Below, in pieces: positions 1-8,502 of a stretch of DNA of 15,256 nt. The notes below the pieces were generated by a model that saw nothing but the letters and a program-made list of their open reading frames with translations, was not told where the DNA came from and made no database searches. The stretch is taken from positions 11,891 through 27,146 of the forward strand of contig JBDRZD010000025.1 of the NCBI GenBank assembly GCA_039803745.1, read 5' to 3'. Made by a program: the position numbers and the translations under genes. The stretch is from a candidate division WOR-3 bacterium (lineage in GTDB: Bacteria; Hydrothermota; Hydrothermia; Hydrothermales; Hydrothermaceae). Positions within the stretch are counted from its first letter, which is position 1; every line of letters begins with the position of its first letter.

Positions 1-1921
1 GGATACAGGTGTTGACGCATTCCATCCTGCATTGGAGGGGAAATTTGAAGGTCACTGGTATGATGCAGTGAATAATCAAACATTTCCTTATGATGACCAT
101 GGTCATGGAACCTTTACAATGGGAATAATAATTGGAGGCGATGGTTTAGGACCTTTTCCTGATGATATAGGTGTTGCACCTGATGCAAAATTTGTTTCAT
201 GCAAGTGTTTTGACCAGAATGGCTCGACATCTGCTTCCAGAATTCATACCTGTTTTCAAAAACATGGAGAATGGAAAGCAAATGGAGTTGATATAAAGGC
301 TATAAACAATTCATGGGGTGCAACTAATACAACTTCTTTAGAATTCTGGCAGGATTGTTTGAATTTAAGGAATTTAAAAATTGTTCCTGTGTTTGCTATA
401 GGAAATAATGGACCCGGTTCTGGAACAGCAAGCACTCCCGGTAATTTTCCAATTGTTATAGGAGTTGGTGTATCTGATCAAAATGATAATGTTCCATCCT
501 ATTCATCAAGGGGACCTGCACCAAATCAATATCCATGGAATGACCCAGTATATTGGCCAAGACCTGACTGGAACAGAACAAAGCCTGATATTGTTGCACC
601 CGGTCAAAATATAAGATCATCATGGCCGGGTGGTGGTTACCAGTATTCAACATGCACATCTACTGCAACTCCTCATGTAACAGGAGGAATTTTAATTTTA
701 TTCCAGAAGAATCCCTATTTAACTTTTAAAAAGGTTTATTCATTGCTTCTTGATTATGCAAGAAGACCCTCTCAGGGTTCTCCTTATCCAAATAATAGTT
801 ATGGATGGGGAATTTTAAATATATATCAATCACTTTTACATACTCCATCACCATGGGAGACACATGACTGCGGTGAAATTACCCTTGTGGTATCAAATAT
901 GGGTGTGTTCGGGGAATGCTCATATCCTCATGGTTCGCTATATCATCTTTATGCAGGTAGTTTTTCAATTGGAACAGTGATGCCCTATGTTATTGATAGA
1001 TATTATTATGATGAAGACTGGATACCAATTGATGGGGTTTATATGTATGAGCCTTATCCACCTTTCTGTGAATATTCCTATGCTTCTTATAGTGATTCTG
1101 GTGGTGAGGAGATAAAAGGGATAATAGTAAAACAAAAGGGATTCACGTTCAGTGAGGAGAATTTAAGGGATTTTGTAATAATTGAATATATTTTAAAAAA
1201 TACCTCATCACAGCCTGTCTTCGGTATTTATTCGGGCATTTTCCTTGACTGGGATATAAATCATTCAAACTTTGCTGATTATGGTGGAACAGATTCTTCA
1301 AGGAGTATGGCTTACCAATATTATGGAAATATATATATGGGTTCTGCAATTTTGTATCCTGAAAGGGGAAGTCCTTTGATAAGAAATCTTTCAATTATAA
1401 GGAATGAGGAATATGTTTATCCCTATTTAGATTTGCCTGATTCAATTGCAATTAAATTTTTAAACGGGACACTTTCTTTTCCCTATGCAGACAGTGCTTC
1501 TGATTTATCAACCTGTATTTCTGCTGGTCCATTTAATATAAATCCAGGGGATTCTATAAAAGTTGCATTTGCAATTGCTGGTGGGCTTAGTTTAGATTCT
1601 TTAAAAGAGCATATTGATTCTGCCTATTCAAGATATTTAAGTATCGGCTTTTCTGAAAGACCTTCTTTTGATAAAGAAGATTTAAGAATATATCCGCTTA
1701 TTTCTTCAGGGAAAATTTATGTTGATTACAATTTTAGTTATTTAATTAAAGGAAAGATTTCAATATACAATGTTTATGGCTCAAAATTAAAAATTTTGAA
1801 TTTTGAAGGAAAGAAAGGGTTAAAGGAGATAGATTTAAGGGATTTTGCTTCAGGAATATATTTCATAGAAATTAAAACGCCTTTTTTGAAAAAGAAAAAT
1901 AAATTTTTAATCTTAAAATGA
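1..1921 (+). CDS. S8 (subtilisin-family) serine peptidase with a central beta-rich domain and a T9SS type-A-like C-terminal sorting domain; 5'-truncated by the window edge
   Basis: The frame is open from nt 2 (DTGVDAFHPALEG), giving the catalytic Asp motif DTG, so the TTG at 32 is not the real start. His motif HGHGTFTMG (His at 104-106); oxyanion Asn in FAIGNNG; SSRGP and KPDIVAPG; Ser motif CTSTATPHV (Ser at 659-661); YGWG. C-terminal IYP...IYNVYG...SGIYF...KFLILK. Confidence 0.93.
   Translation, partial: DTGVDAFHPALEGKFEGHWYDAVNNQTFPYDDHGHGTFTMGIIIGGDGLGPFPDDIGVAPDAKFVSCKCFDQNGSTSASRIHTCFQKHGEWKANGVDIKAINNSWGATNTTSLEFWQDCLNLRNLKIVPVFAIGNNGPGSGTASTPGNFPIVIGVGVSDQNDNVPSYSSRGPAPNQYPWNDPVYWPRPDWNRTKPDIVAPGQNIRSSWPGGGYQYSTCTSTATPHVTGGILILFQKNPYLTFKKVYSLLLDYARRPSQGSPYPNNSYGWGILNIYQSLLHTPSPWETHDCGEITLVVSNMGVFGECSYPHGSLYHLYAGSFSIGTVMPYVIDRYYYDEDWIPIDGVYMYEPYPPFCEYSYASYSDSGGEEIKGIIVKQKGFTFSEENLRDFVIIEYILKNTSSQPVFGIYSGIFLDWDINHSNFADYGGTDSSRSMAYQYYGNIYMGSAILYPERGSPLIRNLSIIRNEEYVYPYLDLPDSIAIKFLNGTLSFPYADSASDLSTCISAGPFNINPGDSIKVAFAIAGGLSLDSLKEHIDSAYSRYLSIGFSERPSFDKEDLRIYPLISSGKIYVDYNFSYLIKGKISIYNVYGSKLKILNFEGKKGLKEIDLRDFASGIYFIEIKTPFLKKKNKFLILK
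1682..1918 (+). other. T9SS/Por-type C-terminal sorting domain-like region of the S8 peptidase
   Basis: About 79 aa at the C-terminus with LRIYP, ISIYNVYG, LRDFASGIYFIEI and a Lys-rich terminal strand KKNKFLILK; matches the type-A CTD pattern. Confidence 0.8.
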
Positions 1922-2902
1922 ACCTTTTAAAGGATAAACAGTATAGGGTGAAGCATCCAAATTTGTTTTTATTCCCTTTTTGAAAAGTGAAATTGCCCTT
2001 ATTCCTACCATGCAGGCATTATCAGAAGCATAAATTTTTGAAGGGAAATAAACTTCTTTAAAATTTTCCTTAAATTTTTCCCTTAATCTTTCATTTGCAG
2101 AAACACCACCAACAACTGCTATCTTTTCTATTCCTAAAATTTCTTTTGCCTCAATTGTTTTTTCAAGTAAACTATCAACAATTGCTTCCTGGTATGATGC
2201 GCATATATCTTCCAGATTTTCTCTTATAAATTTTTTTGGTCTTTTTTTAACAAAATAAAGTAAAGATGTTTTTAATCCTGAAAAACTGAAAGAAAATACT
2301 GGTGTTTTTGCTCTTGGAAAATTAAATTTTTCAGGATTACCTTTTTCAGCCATTTCAGCAATTCTTGCACCACCGGGATATGGAAAACCAAGAATTTTTG
2401 CCCCTTTATCAAAAGCCTCACCTGCTGCATCATCAAGTGTTCCTCCAAGATATTTTATTTCTTCATTTTCTTCCATTAAAAAGAATTCAGTATGACCACC
2501 TGATGCAAGTAAAAATAAAATTGGTGGTTTTAAAAAAGGAAAGTCAAGAAATATTGAATATAAATGGGCTTCAAGATGGTCAACTCCGATAAATGGTTTT
2601 TTATAAAAATATGCAAGAGATTTTGCAAAGGTAAAACCAACTAAAAGAGAAACAATGAGACCAGGCCCCTGTGTTGCTGAAATTATGTCAACTTCCTCAA
2701 TATTTATTTTTGAAATTTCAATTGCTGTTTTTAAACTTGGTAAAATTAATGCAGTATGAATTCTTGAGGCAATTTCAGGGACAACACCTCCATAATCTCT
2801 ATGAAGAATATGAACATTTGTTATATTTGCTAAAACCTTATTGTCTTCTAAAATTGCACAGGATGTCTCATCACAGGAAGTTTCAAAGGCTAATACTTTC
2901 AT
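1913..2902 (-). CDS. tsaD: tRNA N6-adenosine threonylcarbamoyltransferase TsaD (Kae1/YgjD family)
   Basis: ETSCDET, YGGVVPEIASRIH, GPGL, HLEAH, SGGHT, DDAAGEAFDK, FSFSGLKT, GGVSAN and SDNA motifs. The start is placed at the ATG at 2902 (MKVLAFETS) rather than 2920 because it matches the family N-terminus and lies 6 nt after a TATAAT. Confidence 0.97.
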   Translation of the reverse strand: MKVLAFETSCDETSCAILEDNKVLANITNVHILHRDYGGVVPEIASRIHTALILPSLKTAIEISKINIEEVDIISATQGPGLIVSLLVGFTFAKSLAYFYKKPFIGVDHLEAHLYSIFLDFPFLKPPILFLLASGGHTEFFLMEENEEIKYLGGTLDDAAGEAFDKGAKILGFPYPGGARIAEMAEKGNPEKFNFPRAKTPVFSFSFSGLKTSLLYFVKKRPKKFIRENLEDICASYQEAIVDSLLEKTIEAKEILGIEKIAVVGGVSANERLREKFKENFKEVYFPSKIYASDNACMVGIRAISLFKKGIKTNLDASPYTVYPLKGSF

Positions 2903-2938
2903 TTTTTTATTATAAACCATTATAATTAAATTATGAAA
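2897..2938. promoter_or_regulatory. Bidirectional sigma70-type promoter between tsaD and gmd, probably giving leaderless transcripts
   Basis: Minus-strand TATAAT (ATTATA at 2909-2914) lies 6 nt before the tsaD ATG, and plus-strand TATAAT (2921-2926) lies 6 nt before the gmd ATG. No Shine-Dalgarno on either side; the region has dyad symmetry. Confidence 0.7.
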
Positions 2939-3982
2939 ACAAAAAAAGCAATAATAACAGGTATTACAGGTCAGGATGGTTCATACCTTGCTGAATTCTT
3001 GCTTTCAAAGGGGTATGAAGTTCATGGAATAATAAGAAGGTCTTCAACAACATCAACAACAAGAATTGAACATATATATGTTGATCCCCATACACCCGGT
3101 GCAAAACTTTTCCTTCATTATGGAGACCTTTCAGATTCTTCATATTTAACAAATTTAATTTATGAGATAAAACCCGATGAAATTTATAATCTTGGTGCAC
3201 AGAGTCATGTAAAGGTTAGTTTTGATTTGCCTGAATATACAGGAGATATAACAGGTTTGGGAGCAGTGAGGATTTTAGAGGCAATTAAAAAAAGTGGTAT
3301 TTCCTGCAAATTTTATCAGGCTTCTTCATCAGAAATGTTTGGTTTCGCTTCTCCTCCTCAAAATGAAAATTCTGGATTTTTTCCAAGAAGCCCTTATGCA
3401 GCAGCAAAACTTTATGCATACTGGATGACAAGAATATACAGGGATGCTTATGGAATATTTGCAGTAAATGGTATACTTTTCAACCATGAATCACCAAGAA
3501 GAGGAGAAACATTCGTTACAAGAAAAATAACCCTCGGAGTCGTAAATATTCTTAAGAAAAAACAGGAATTTTTATATATGGGAAATATAGAAGCAAAAAG
3601 GGATTGGGGTTATGCACCTGAATACATTGAAGTTATGTGGAAGATGCTACAGAAGGAAAAGCCTGATGATTATGTGATAGGAACAGGTGAATGGCATTCT
3701 GTTAAAGAATTTCTTGAAGAGGCTTTCTCCTATGTTGGACTTAAATGGGAAAAATATGTGAAGATAGATAAAGAATATTTAAGACCTATTGATGTTGAAA
3801 ATTTAAGGGCAGATTTTTCAAAGGCAAAAAAGGAACTTGGATGGGAACCAAAAATTAAATTCAAAGAACTTGTTAAAATAATGATGGATGCAGAAATGAG
3901 AATGAATGGGCTTGAGCCAGTAGGTGAAGGAGATAGAATTTTAAAGGAAAAATTTCCAGATAGATGGTGGATTCGCGATTGA
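2933..3982 (+). CDS. gmd: GDP-mannose 4,6-dehydratase
   Basis: [30 protein letters not shown], catalytic SPYAAAK (YxxxK), [21 protein letters not shown]. Confidence 0.97.
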   Translation: MKTKKAIITGITGQDGSYLAEFLLSKGYEVHGIIRRSSTTSTTRIEHIYVDPHTPGAKLFLHYGDLSDSSYLTNLIYEIKPDEIYNLGAQSHVKVSFDLPEYTGDITGLGAVRILEAIKKSGISCKFYQASSSEMFGFASPPQNENSGFFPRSPYAAAKLYAYWMTRIYRDAYGIFAVNGILFNHESPRRGETFVTRKITLGVVNILKKKQEFLYMGNIEAKRDWGYAPEYIEVMWKMLQKEKPDDYVIGTGEWHSVKEFLEEAFSYVGLKWEKYVKIDKEYLRPIDVENLRADFSKAKKELGWEPKIKFKELVKIMMDAEMRMNGLEPVGEGDRILKEKFPDRWWIRD

Positions 3983-4014
3983 AATTGAAAATATTTTTAT
4001 TATATAATTAAAAT
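3979..4014 (+). promoter_or_regulatory. sigma70-type promoter for rpmB (probably leaderless)
   Basis: TTGAAA (3979-3984), 18-nt spacer, TATAAT (4003-4008), 6 nt, ATG (4015); no SD. Confidence 0.7.
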
Positions 4015-4200
4015 ATGGCAAAATGTTATAAGTGTGGAAAGCATACACAGATAGGAAGGAATGTATCCCATGCCCATAATGTTACAAGGAGATTTTTTAA
4101 ACCAAATTTACATAAAATAAGGATAAAGGAAGGAAATAAAATAAAAAGAGTTTATGTTTGCACAAAGTGTTTAAGGAAAGTAAATAAGGTAATTGGCTAA
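4015..4200 (+). CDS. rpmB: 50S ribosomal protein L28, zinc-binding (C+) form
   Basis: 61 aa basic protein with CYKCGK...GRNVSHAHN.TRRFFKPNL...VCTKCLR; two CxxC pairs. Confidence 0.97.
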   Translation: MAKCYKCGKHTQIGRNVSHAHNVTRRFFKPNLHKIRIKEGNKIKRVYVCTKCLRKVNKVIG

Positions 4201-4849
4201 AAAATTTTCATCTTTCTGGATAATTTATAAAGATATAATCCTTGAAATAAAAACAAAAGAAATAATAATACCTTTTTTAATTTTTTCCTTTTTATTGATA
4301 GTTTTTATTTCTTTTTCTATTCAAAACAGAGAATTTTCACCTTTTATTTTCTGGCTTTCCTTTCTTTTTTCAGGAATAATAAGTCTTTCAAGATATACTG
4401 TTAAAGAAACAAATGGCGGTTTTAAAGGATTGCTTATTTTACCAATTGACAGGGAAAGCATTTTTATTGGAAAAACAATTTCTCTAACCCTTTTTTTATT
4501 CTTATCAGGAATATTCCTTTACTTTTTATTTTTAATTTTTTTGAATTTCCCTTTTTCATTAAAAATATTTCTTTATTTTTTAATAATTTTATTTTTTACA
4601 TCCTTTTCCTTTTCTTCTCTTGGCATTTTAATCTCATTTTTAACAATGGGAACAAGAGCAAAAGAATTTTTCTTACCCCTTATTATAATACCTCTTTTTA
4701 TTCCTCCTTTTATCTCTGCAATCTCACTTACAAATAAAGTTTTATCAAATGAAAAATTTCTTTCCCCTTATCTTTATATTTTAATCTTTTTTTCACTCCT
4801 TTATTTTTTCTTAAACCAGGTTCTTTTTGAAGAAATTTTGATTGACTGA
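4193..4849 (+). CDS. ccmB: CcmB-like heme exporter / ABC-2-type permease
   Basis: About 6 TM helices; KDIILEIKTKE, FWLSFLFSG, E.NGGFKGLLILPIDRESIFIGK and TRAKEFFLPLIIIPLFIP match CcmB motifs. TTG start overlaps the rpmB stop by 8 nt. Confidence 0.8.
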   Translation: MAKKFSSFWIIYKDIILEIKTKEIIIPFLIFSFLLIVFISFSIQNREFSPFIFWLSFLFSGIISLSRYTVKETNGGFKGLLILPIDRESIFIGKTISLTLFLFLSGIFLYFLFLIFLNFPFSLKIFLYFLIILFFTSFSFSSLGILISFLTMGTRAKEFFLPLIIIPLFIPPFISAISLTNKVLSNEKFLSPYLYILIFFSLLYFFLNQVLFEEILID

Positions 4850-4850
4850 A

Positions 4851-5576
4851 ATGTTAAGCATGACAGGATACGGATATGCAAGAAGATATACAAAATATGG
4901 GAATTTTGAAGTTGAAATAATCTCTTTAAATTCAAGGGAAGTTGAAATAACCCTTTCAGGAAATAGGGATATAATTGGACTTGAAAGGGAGATAAGAAAA
5001 ATTATTAAAAAGTATTTAAAAAGGGGGAAGATAAAGATTAAGTTTTATTTTCCACCACCAGAAGATTATGTTGTTGATGAAAGGAAACTTAAAAGACTTA
5101 TAGATAGTATAAAAAAATTTGAAAAAAGAGAAAAATTAAACATATATTTTGATAATGCTGATATTTTAAGGGAAATTTTCATAAAAAAGGAGAATTTAGA
5201 GAAAAAGAAAAAGATATTCTTAAAAATTCTTGAGATTGCAGTAAAAAGACTTTTAAAATTCAGAAAAGAAGAGGGAGAGAATTTAAAAAAAGCACTTCTT
5301 GAAGAGGTTAAAAAACTTGAAAATTTATTAAATAATTTAAATGACGAAAAATGTAAAGAGGAAAAAATAAGAATTTTATCTCATGTTGAATCAATTATAA
5401 AAACTATAAATTCAAAAGGGTCATGGGGTAAAAAAATTGATTTTTTAGGGCAGGAAATTTTAAGGGAAGGAAATACAATTTCTCAGAAATCAGAAAATTT
5501 AGAAAATATAAATATTGCAATTGAAATAAAACTATGTGCAGAAAATATAAGAGAGATAGCAAGAAATATAGAATAA
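4851..5576 (+). CDS. yicC: YicC/YloC-family endoribonuclease (short form, 241 aa)
   Basis: N-terminal MLSMTGYG, SLNSR, L.RGKI; R.EEG..L; C-terminal EE..R..SH, GKKIDFLGQEILREGNT..K, E.IRE...NIE. ATG at 4851 is 1 nt after the ccmB stop (the ORF track's TTG at 4842 is an alternative). Confidence 0.9.
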   Translation: MLSMTGYGYARRYTKYGNFEVEIISLNSREVEITLSGNRDIIGLEREIRKIIKKYLKRGKIKIKFYFPPPEDYVVDERKLKRLIDSIKKFEKREKLNIYFDNADILREIFIKKENLEKKKKIFLKILEIAVKRLLKFRKEEGENLKKALLEEVKKLENLLNNLNDEKCKEEKIRILSHVESIIKTINSKGSWGKKIDFLGQEILREGNTISQKSENLENINIAIEIKLCAENIREIARNIE

Positions 5577-7040
5577 TTATAATTTTCTTTCTATATAAGG
5601 AAAAAATGGATTTTCTGGATATTTTAAAATTATTTCCTTATAAATTTCCTTTGCTTTATTTTTATCAATTTTTTCATATATTTCACCAATTTCAATAAGT
5701 GCTTTTACTTTAATTATATCCGGCAAATCACCTTCTTTAATTTTTTCAAAAAGTTTCAAACTCTCATTAATTTTATTTTTTTTCTTTAAATAAACTCCAT
5801 AAAGATAAGAATATAAAAAATCAATTTTTTCTCCTTTTAGATTTATTTCAACATCTTCTCCCTTAAAAATTTTATAATGGATAGGAACATAATCGTTTAA
5901 ATTTTCTTTAAAATTTTTTAAAATATAGGACAAGTAAAGAACTTCTGGTATTCTTTTATCTTTTGGAAAATTTGAAATAAATTTAAATGAGAGTGTTTCA
6001 GCCTTATCAAAATTCTTTGAAAAGTAATGTGTAAGGAAAAGATAAAAACTTGCATCAGAACTTTTTATCTCTTTTAAAATTTCAAAATTTTCTTTAAAAT
6101 TTCCAGTCAAAATATTGTAAAGACCCATAACCTCCAATTTTTTGTTTCTATCTTTTATCTTATCAATATTTTTCTTTGCCTCTCCCATTTCATTTTTCTC
6201 AAGATATATTTTTGAAAGAGAGTAGTATATCTCATCATTAAATTTTTCAACTTTATCCTTTATAATTTCATAAATATCTTTTGCCTTTTCCTTTTCCCCT
6301 TTAATTTCAAAAGCCTTTGCCCTATAATATAAAATTAATGGGTCATTTTCCTTTTCAGTGAATCTTATTATATAATCTGGATTTCTTTCAAGATATTCTT
6401 CTAATTTTTTTTCATCCTTTGATTTTATATAATAATTTATTCCTTTTTCATAAAGATTTTTTGAAATTGCTATCTCTGCAAGAACTGGGTAAAATTCCTC
6501 TTCTTGAAATTCATTTTCAATTGTTTCAAATGGTATATTTTTTGAAATTCTTTTGATTTCAACTTTTATAATTTCCTTATTTTCAAAATTTTTTAGTTCT
6601 TTAAAAGCATTCTTATAATCATTTTTTTCAATATAAATTCTATAAAGCATATCAGAAAATAATTTTTTATCCTTATTTTTTTCCCTTTCATATTTTATAA
6701 ATTTTTCTGCAAGTTCATAAAATTTTAAATCAATCATTGAAAAGAGTATCCTTTTTATTTCTTCTTTTTCAAAAAATAAATCAATTGAATCAATAAGAGA
6801 ATAAAATTTTCTATTTGTCAAATATCTTGAAATTAAAAAATCAGAATAGAATATATAATTTTTTCCAAGTTCACAAATTGCAACTTTTGATATTTTATAA
6901 AGTTTTTCAAATTCTTTATTATTAAGATATTTATCCCTTAACTCAAAATAAAATATTCTATATTTTTTTGGCTCTTCTAAAAATAGTTTCTCTTTTATTT
7001 CTATTTGATTTAAAAATATTAGAATAAAGAAGAAAGCCAT
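5577..7040 (-). CDS. Tetratricopeptide-repeat / alpha-solenoid protein with a short hydrophobic N-terminus
   Basis: TPR-like units LYYRAKAFEIKGEKEKAKDIYE, IYYSLSKIYLEKNEMGEAK and ALIEIGEIYE..DKNKAKEIYKEIILKYPENP; N-terminal FFFILIFL. Overlaps the upstream gene by 22 nt, so the start is somewhat uncertain. Confidence 0.8.
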   Translation of the reverse strand: MAFFFILIFLNQIEIKEKLFLEEPKKYRIFYFELRDKYLNNKEFEKLYKISKVAICELGKNYIFYSDFLISRYLTNRKFYSLIDSIDLFFEKEEIKRILFSMIDLKFYELAEKFIKYEREKNKDKKLFSDMLYRIYIEKNDYKNAFKELKNFENKEIIKVEIKRISKNIPFETIENEFQEEEFYPVLAEIAISKNLYEKGINYYIKSKDEKKLEEYLERNPDYIIRFTEKENDPLILYYRAKAFEIKGEKEKAKDIYEIIKDKVEKFNDEIYYSLSKIYLEKNEMGEAKKNIDKIKDRNKKLEVMGLYNILTGNFKENFEILKEIKSSDASFYLFLTHYFSKNFDKAETLSFKFISNFPKDKRIPEVLYLSYILKNFKENLNDYVPIHYKIFKGEDVEINLKGEKIDFLYSYLYGVYLKKKNKINESLKLFEKIKEGDLPDIIKVKALIEIGEIYEKIDKNKAKEIYKEIILKYPENPFFPYIERKL

Positions 7041-7684
7041 TCAAATAAGAGGAAATGGATTCTCCCAATTAAAAGTGAAACACGTGCCATTATTGTATAG
7101 CCAAAGGATGCACCAAATGCTATCATGATAAAGGTTATTCCAATTCTTGAAAAAATGCCAAGTGCACCTTTATGTTCTTTTGAAAAGAAAAAGTAAAATA
7201 AAGTTGAAATTGTTGCAACAATTATTATTAAGTTGTTAAAACTTGAAAATAAATCTTTGAAAGTTAAAGGTAAAATTGTTGCATGAATCTGGGGAACTAT
7301 GTAACCTTGAAGTGAACCTGTTACACCAAGTCCTGCTGCCATTCCAACTGTGAATGCTATTGCCCATCTTGAAAGCCATGCAACTGGCGGTATAAACCTT
7401 AAAAGCATACATATTGATAAAAATATTGGAATGAATAAAATCCACTGTTCGGGTGTAAAATGAAGCCACATCTTCCAGAATCCATAAGTTTTAAAAACAT
7501 TTTTAAATGGTCCTAAAATTTTTGGTTCAACATCAAAAAACCATAAATATAAAAACCAGAAACTTGCAGCGCTGCCTACATATATATGTTCTGCAAATTT
7601 ATAAAATGGATTATCCTTATATAAAAAAGAAAATATTGCCAATGTTAATCCTGCTGCAATCCATAAAAATATTATATCTATCAT
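7019..7684 (-). CDS. Uncharacterised polytopic membrane protein (about 6 TM, internally triplicated hairpin)
   Basis: Six hydrophobic segments; FSFLYKDNPFYKFAEH motif; SD GAGGAG 7 nt upstream; ATGA overlap with the 273-aa gene. Confidence 0.85.
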   Translation of the reverse strand: MIDIIFLWIAAGLTLAIFSFLYKDNPFYKFAEHIYVGSAASFWFLYLWFFDVEPKILGPFKNVFKTYGFWKMWLHFTPEQWILFIPIFLSICMLLRFIPPVAWLSRWAIAFTVGMAAGLGVTGSLQGYIVPQIHATILPLTFKDLFSSFNNLIIIVATISTLFYFFFSKEHKGALGIFSRIGITFIMIAFGASFGYTIMARVSLLIGRIHFLLFEWLSSLF

Positions 7685-8502
7685 TTTATTCTCCTCAATG
7701 CTATAAAACCAATATTCCCAATTATTATAAATATTAAAATTATAACATGTATAATTGTTTGGGCAGTCATTCCAGAATATGCAAATCCTCTTCTTTTTAA
7801 TAAGTTTTCATAATCAGCAGCCCCTCTTAAACCACCTATTAATCCTTCAATCTGTTTTGCCTGGAAATAGGGATATAAATCAGGAGCAACAACTGCTGTT
7901 GAAGTTAGAATTATTTTTTGTCCATATCTTGCCTGAGCAAATTGAACCCAGTAATCTCCAACAGCACCTGCTTCAAATCCTATTAAAAGAGCAATATCAT
8001 TATAATTATGGACATTCTTCATAAGTGGTAATGAATCAATTGGTGTTCCCTTATAATCAACATCAAATACCATTCTTATTTCCTTTCCCATATTAAGCAT
8101 AACTGCTGCTATTCCAGGTCTATATCCAAGAAATACATAATCCCTTCCATATTCTTTTTTCATCTCTTTTGCTATTTTTTCAAGGGCAATCTGTCCTAAG
8201 GGAAGACCAAGTGGCCAGTGCCCCATCATTATCACTTTTAAATCTTTTTTAAAAAGATGAACAAGCATAACTTCAAGAAGGGGCTGTAATTCTGGCATAC
8301 TTGCTGCATCATAGTCTATTGAAATTAAAACTCTTGAACCAGTTGGCAATTTTTCTATAAATTCATAAGCATTTTTAACTTCTGGAAGTGCCTCAAATTC
8401 AAATCCCTTTTTAATTAAAAGAGGAATTGTAATAGATATAAAAACTAAAAGGTATATTATTCTTCTATCAATTTTTGAAATTTTTTCAAAAAATTCTTTC
8501 AT
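7681..8502 (-). CDS. Uncharacterised membrane-anchored protein (N- and C-terminal TM flanking an alpha/beta domain)
   Basis: TM at about aa 15-30 and aa 248-269; soluble domain with YGRDYVFLGY and YPYFQAKQIEGLIGGLRGAADYE; ATGA coupling on both sides. Confidence 0.85.
   Translation of the reverse strand: MKEFFEKISKIDRRIIYLLVFISITIPLLIKKGFEFEALPEVKNAYEFIEKLPTGSRVLISIDYDAASMPELQPLLEVMLVHLFKKDLKVIMMGHWPLGLPLGQIALEKIAKEMKKEYGRDYVFLGYRPGIAAVMLNMGKEIRMVFDVDYKGTPIDSLPLMKNVHNYNDIALLIGFEAGAVGDYWVQFAQARYGQKIILTSTAVVAPDLYPYFQAKQIEGLIGGLRGAADYENLLKRRGFAYSGMTAQTIIHVIILIFIIIGNIGFIALRRIK

Noticed and set aside
2903..2920. N-terminal extension MVYNKK of TsaD in the ORF track
   Set aside because: It overlaps the -10 box; the ATG at 2902 fits the family N-terminus better.
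456..3200. Short alternative ORFs (456-659, 1149-1394, 2365-2592, 2671-2925, 2964-3200)
   Set aside because: They lie within or opposite well-supported genes and have no recognisable features.
4200..4840. T-rich low-complexity tracts in ccmB as a repeat or phase-variation site
   Set aside because: Explained by Phe/Leu/Ile codons of TM helices in an AT-rich genome; the frame is intact.
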